Positions 59,543 to 64,000 of a stretch of DNA of 64,000 nucleotides are shown one piece after another (the first letter of the stretch is position 1; each line of letters starts with the position of its first letter). Both the position numbers and the translations under genes were made by a program. Below the pieces are notes generated by a model. That model worked only from the letters and a program-made list of their open reading frames with translations, ran no database searches and was not told the origin of the DNA. Source of the stretch: Mobula hypostoma (lineage: Eukaryota); assembly GCF_963921235.1 (NCBI RefSeq), contig NC_086097.1:28150001-28214000 (forward strand), read 5' to 3'.

Positions 59543-62081
59543 TCTCCTCCTGCTCCCCCACCTTTCCCGTCACCTGGTCTCACCCATCGCCTGCCAGCGT
59601 GTACCCCTTTCCCTCCCCCTACCTTCTTATTCTGGCTTCTGCCCTCTCCAGTCCTGATCTCTGTCTCAGCCTGAAATGGTTAGCACAGTGCTATTACAAC
59701 TTGGAATGTTCCGGACTTCGGAGTTCAATTACAGCACCGTTCTGTAAGGAGTGTCTGTTCCCATGGAACGTGTGGGTCTTCAGCGGGCGCTCCAGTTTCT
59801 TCCCACAGTCCAAAGACATACCGGGTAGGTTAACTGGTCAGTGTAAATTGGCCCGTGATTAGGTCGGGGTTGTGGGACTGCTGTGATGGTGTTGCTCGAA
59901 AGGCCAGACGGGCCTACTCCACACTGTATTGCTAAATACATAAAATAAATAACTAATATTTACAAGGATGTTGCAGGACTTGAGGACCTGAGTTAAAGGG
60001 AAAGGTTGGATAGGTTAGTTATTCTCAGGAGCATAGGAGAAAGAGAGAGATTTCATAGAGCTATAGAATTATGAGGGTTACGGATAGGGAAAATACAAGC
60101 AGGCTTTTTCCACTGGGGTTGCGTGAGATTAGAACAAGAGGTCATATGTTAAGGGTGAAAGGTGAAATATTTAAGGGGAACCTCTTCACTCATAGGCTGG
60201 TGTGACTGTGGAACGAGCTGCCCATGGAAGTGGTAGATTAGGTTTCGATCTCAACATTTAAGAGTAATTTGATTAAGTATGGGGATGGGAAGGGTATTTA
60301 GGGCTGTGGTCCGGGTGCAGATTGATGGGACTGAGCAGAATAACAGTTTGGCATGGACTAGATGGGTTGGAGACCCTGTTTCTATGCTGTATTGTTCTGT
60401 GACTCTATTTCAGCATCAATTGAATGTGAATCATGAAAAAGTTCCAATACTTCTCTCCCATCAAGGTTGCTGAAAACCTTCTGATGGCTGTAGTCGAGAA
60501 GGTTGTCTGTTAAGTCAAAATCTGATACTGATAGCAAAGAATTCGTTGAGATATGGGTATGTTTAAAACTCACAGACAGTGAAAGGCAGGGGATTAGTTA
60601 AGATTGTGGCATTATATTTGAAGCAGATAGATAAATCGGACCAGGACAATAACACCAAGTCTGCCAAGAAGGCGCTAATGGGATATGATATGTGAAACAA
60701 GTAAATTAGCGGCAGAGAGAGAGAGAGAGAGACAGGGAAAGAACAAAAGAGAGGTTAAACACTTGGCTGGACCTTTCCACTGAAGCAAGTGACATTTGTA
60801 ATGTTGCAAGCCAGTTAATATGACAAGGAGAAGCCTTGTGTCTGTTAGAGAAAAAGCTAGCATTAGGAATAGCCCAATTGACAGAATTGCAGACAGTGAG
60901 GAAGACTGTCAAGGGATACAGCAAGATTTAGATCTGTTTGAAAGTTGGGTGGAGATTTGGAAAATGGAGTTTAATCCAGACAAATTTGAGATGGTGCACT
61001 TGGGGGTTAAATGCACGAAGAAATCACCCATTACTGTCTGGTTTGGTGCTGCATCCTCTCACAATGTACAAGAACTACAGCGAACTATCAGGTCAGCAGA
61101 GAAGATCATTGGCTGCAGTCTATCATCACTGCAGGACATGTGTGTCCAGGACGAAGAAATGAGCAGGAAAAGTCAAAGTGGCACTACCCACCTGAGGTTC
61201 AACCAGTCTTAGAAGACCCAAAATACATCATCTTACTCTTGTATGGATTAACTTCCATCTGCCACTGCGCCGTCCAGTTTTCCAACTGATCTAAGTGCAT
61301 CTGTATCCTTAGACACAGCAGATGAGCTTCTTTATCCAGAGGGTGGTGAATTCATTGTCACAGACAGTGTGGAGGTCAAGGCATTGGGTATATTGATAGA
61401 TTCTTGATTAGTAAGGGTGTCAAAGATTACGGGAAGAAGGCAGGAGAAAGGGGTTAAAAGGAACATAAATCAGTCATGATTGAATAGCGAAGCAGATTTG
61501 AAGGGCCAAATAGCCTAATTCTGTTCCTATGACTTGGAATCTTATGGTTATCCATCTTTGCTATCTACAACTCGAGCAATTAAAGTTCAAAGTAAATTTA
61601 TAATCAAAGTACATATATACTAGCTCGAGATTCATTGTTTTTGCAGGCATTTGCAGTGGAACAAGGGAATACAATACAATCAACGTCAAAGTCCACACAA
61701 GCAGAGACTAACAAATAACCAATGTGCAAAAGCAGATAAACTGCAAATTTTAAAATAATAAATAAATAAACAAACCAACAACTGGATAGATAGATACTGA
61801 AGATAGATATATAAATTAATAAACAAAAAGTTCTGAGAACATGAATTGTAGAGTCCTTGAAAGTGAGTCCATTATTTGTGGAGTCAGTTCAGAGTTGTGG
61901 TGAGTGAAGTTATCCACACCAGCTCAGGAGCCTGACGGTTGTAAGATAGTAACTGTTCCTGAAACTGGTTTACCAATCTTTATGTCATCAGCAAACTTAC
62001 TTAATCCCATTCTGATCATTCATATATTTGACAAACAACAAAGGTGCCAGACTGATCCCTGTGATCCACCGCTGGATACAA

Positions 62082-62480
62082 GCAACCCTCCAGCACCACG
62101 TTCTGCCAACCCTCCAGCACCACGTTCTGCCAACCCTCCAGCACCATGTTCTGCCAACCCTCCAGCACCACGCTCTGCCAACCCTCCAGCACCACATTCT
62201 GCCAACCCTCTACCACCACGTTCTGCCAACCCTCCAGCACCACGTTCTGCCAACCCTCCAGTACCACATTCTGCCAACCCTCCAGCACCACGTTCTGCCA
62301 ACCCTCTACCACCACGTTCTGCCAACTCTCCAGCACCACGTTCTGCCAACCCTCCAGTACCACATTCTGCCAACCCTCCAGCACCACGTTCTGCCAACCC
62401 TCCAGCACCACATTCTGCCAACCCTCCAGCACCACATTCTGCCAACCCTCCAGCACCACGTCCTGCCAACCCTCCACCAC
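62082..62480. repeat. 24-bp minisatellite, ~16-17 copies
   Basis: Unit CAACCCTCCAGCACCACGTTCTGC. It produces the 8-aa-periodic ORFs in several frames. Confidence 0.95.
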
Positions 62481-63667
62481 AGCGCTCAGCCTCCCGTCAC
62501 CTAGACAATTTTGGATCCTATTTGCCTATATGCCTTGAATCACATGTTACCTAATGTTATGCAACCTTGTCGAAAGCCTTGCAAATATCTGTATATACCA
62601 CTTCACCCAGCTTGCCCTCATCAATTTTCTTACTAACCTTGGCAAACAACACAATCAAGTTTGTAAGGCAGGATTCCTATGAACAAGATCATCCTGACAC
62701 CCCTAATAGAACATAGAACATTACAGCCAAGGCAGGCCTTTCAGCCCATGATGTTTTGCTGACCTTTTAACCTACTCTCAGGCCAACCTAACCCTTCCCT
62801 CCCACATAGCCCTCCAGTTTTCTTTTATACATGTGCCTATCTCAGAGTTTCTTAAATCACTCTATCACTTTCACAAATCCTATCCCTTAGATCTTTTTAC
62901 TAATAGTTTTCCTACTACTGTGGCAAGAATCAGCAGCCAAGAGTTTTCTGGCTTCCCCCTGCCAACTTTTTCAGTCTGAGAACAACATGAGCTACCTTTG
63001 GGTCTCCTGGTACATCTGAAGATGATGAATTGTCCTTGTCCTGTGGGGTGAATGCACACAGCACTATTCCCAGGGAGGACAGAGGTTTATGGTGAGAAGG
63101 GCAACTGTTTCATTCAGGGGGTGGTCAGTATGTGGAACGAGAGGCCAGAGGAAGTGTTTGCGAGAGGTATTTGACATTTAAAAGGGTCATGGATAGGAAA
63201 TATCGTGGATGGGAATCTTGGTTAGTAGGGATTAGAGGGGCTGAATGTCTCTATCACTGTATGCTAAAAGATTCAGGAGCTCATTGGTAAATCTGGGTTA
63301 AAGCAGTATGCCCACCGTGGTCAATGTAAATTGTGTAATGGTTCTAATTGAATTAGAATCTAGTTTATTAATACTGACATGTAACTTGACATTTGGTGTT
63401 TCGTGTGAACAGTACAGTGCAATATACTATAAATTGCAAGAAATATACAAAAAAAATGAGAATTGAGAATCAAGGGCCAACTTGATGTGTATTAAGAATT
63501 TGCTGTGGTGTGTTGGCGAGACATGCAAGCAAAAAAAAAACAACTTTCAATAATTATAATTGATGCAAAAAGATTGTGAGGTGGTGTTCGTGAAATCTGC
63601 TGGGAGAGGGGAAGAAGTTGTTCCTATTGTTCTGGATATTAACAAATTTAAATGTGATTTGCATCAG

Positions 63668-63866
63668 GACTGATTGTCTACGATACAGGAAGTATGAGAA
63701 TGGAATCTTCACTGGTTATCTGCAGAACCTCATGCAATACACTGAGCAGCTAAAGGATATGGTCACCTTTTACGTGGGATGCAGCTATTCCTTTGAGAGT
63801 GCAGTGCTGGAGGCCGGCGTTCCAATCCGGAATGTTGAACAAGGGTGCAGCGTCAGCATGTACAGG
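63668..63866 (+). CDS. DGLUCY: D-glutamate cyclase, third coding exon; gene continues beyond window
   Basis: AG/GT-bounded 199-nt exon (phase 2 to 0) encoding (R)TDCLRYRKYENGIFTGYLQNLMQYTEQLKDMVTFYVGCSYSFESAVLEAGVPIRNVEQGCSVSMYR. Contains the EQLKDMV.F..GCS.S.E motif. Not listed in the ORF track. Confidence 0.93.
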
Positions 63867-64000
63867 GTAGGACATTATACAACAGTCTGCACAAGTTGTC
63901 CCATTATGTTCACCGATGATGTTTCTCCATCGCTGAGTGCAGCAATTTACAGTGCCAGCAAGTGGGGTTCAATTCCCACAAGGTGTTTGTACCTTCTCTC

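Noticed and set aside
61904..62554. ANPPAPRS / LQHHVLPT / VVLEGWQN repeat ORFs, or a CRISPR-like array
   Set aside because: Pure 24-bp tandem repeat with no unique spacers, in a eukaryotic intron.

Overview
Eukaryotic, repeat-dominated vertebrate DNA. The mix of CR1, Rex/Babar, Penelope and V-SINE/HE1-like repeats suggests a cartilaginous fish, probably a ray; this host assignment is inference. The only host gene I can support is DGLUCY (D-glutamate cyclase, C14orf159) on the + strand. Its first three coding exons (45017-45128, 55387-55540, 63668-63866) splice in frame with GT-AG introns. The rest is nested mobile elements: a Gmr1-like Gypsy provirus with PR-IN-RT order and 4-bp TSD plus a related solo LTR; a full-length L1 with 16-bp TSD; a Sleeping Beauty-like Tc1 element rearranged to carry two right ends; Penelope fragments and terminal repeats carrying minimal hammerhead ribozyme motifs; a Tigger/pogo relic; mariner and hAT MITEs; many CR1 and Rex/Babar pieces; and minisatellites. 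I found no convincing wholly new system. The best leads are the SB-like element, the hammerhead-bearing Penelope repeats and the Gmr1-like element. All family assignments rest on motif recognition from memory, not database searches.
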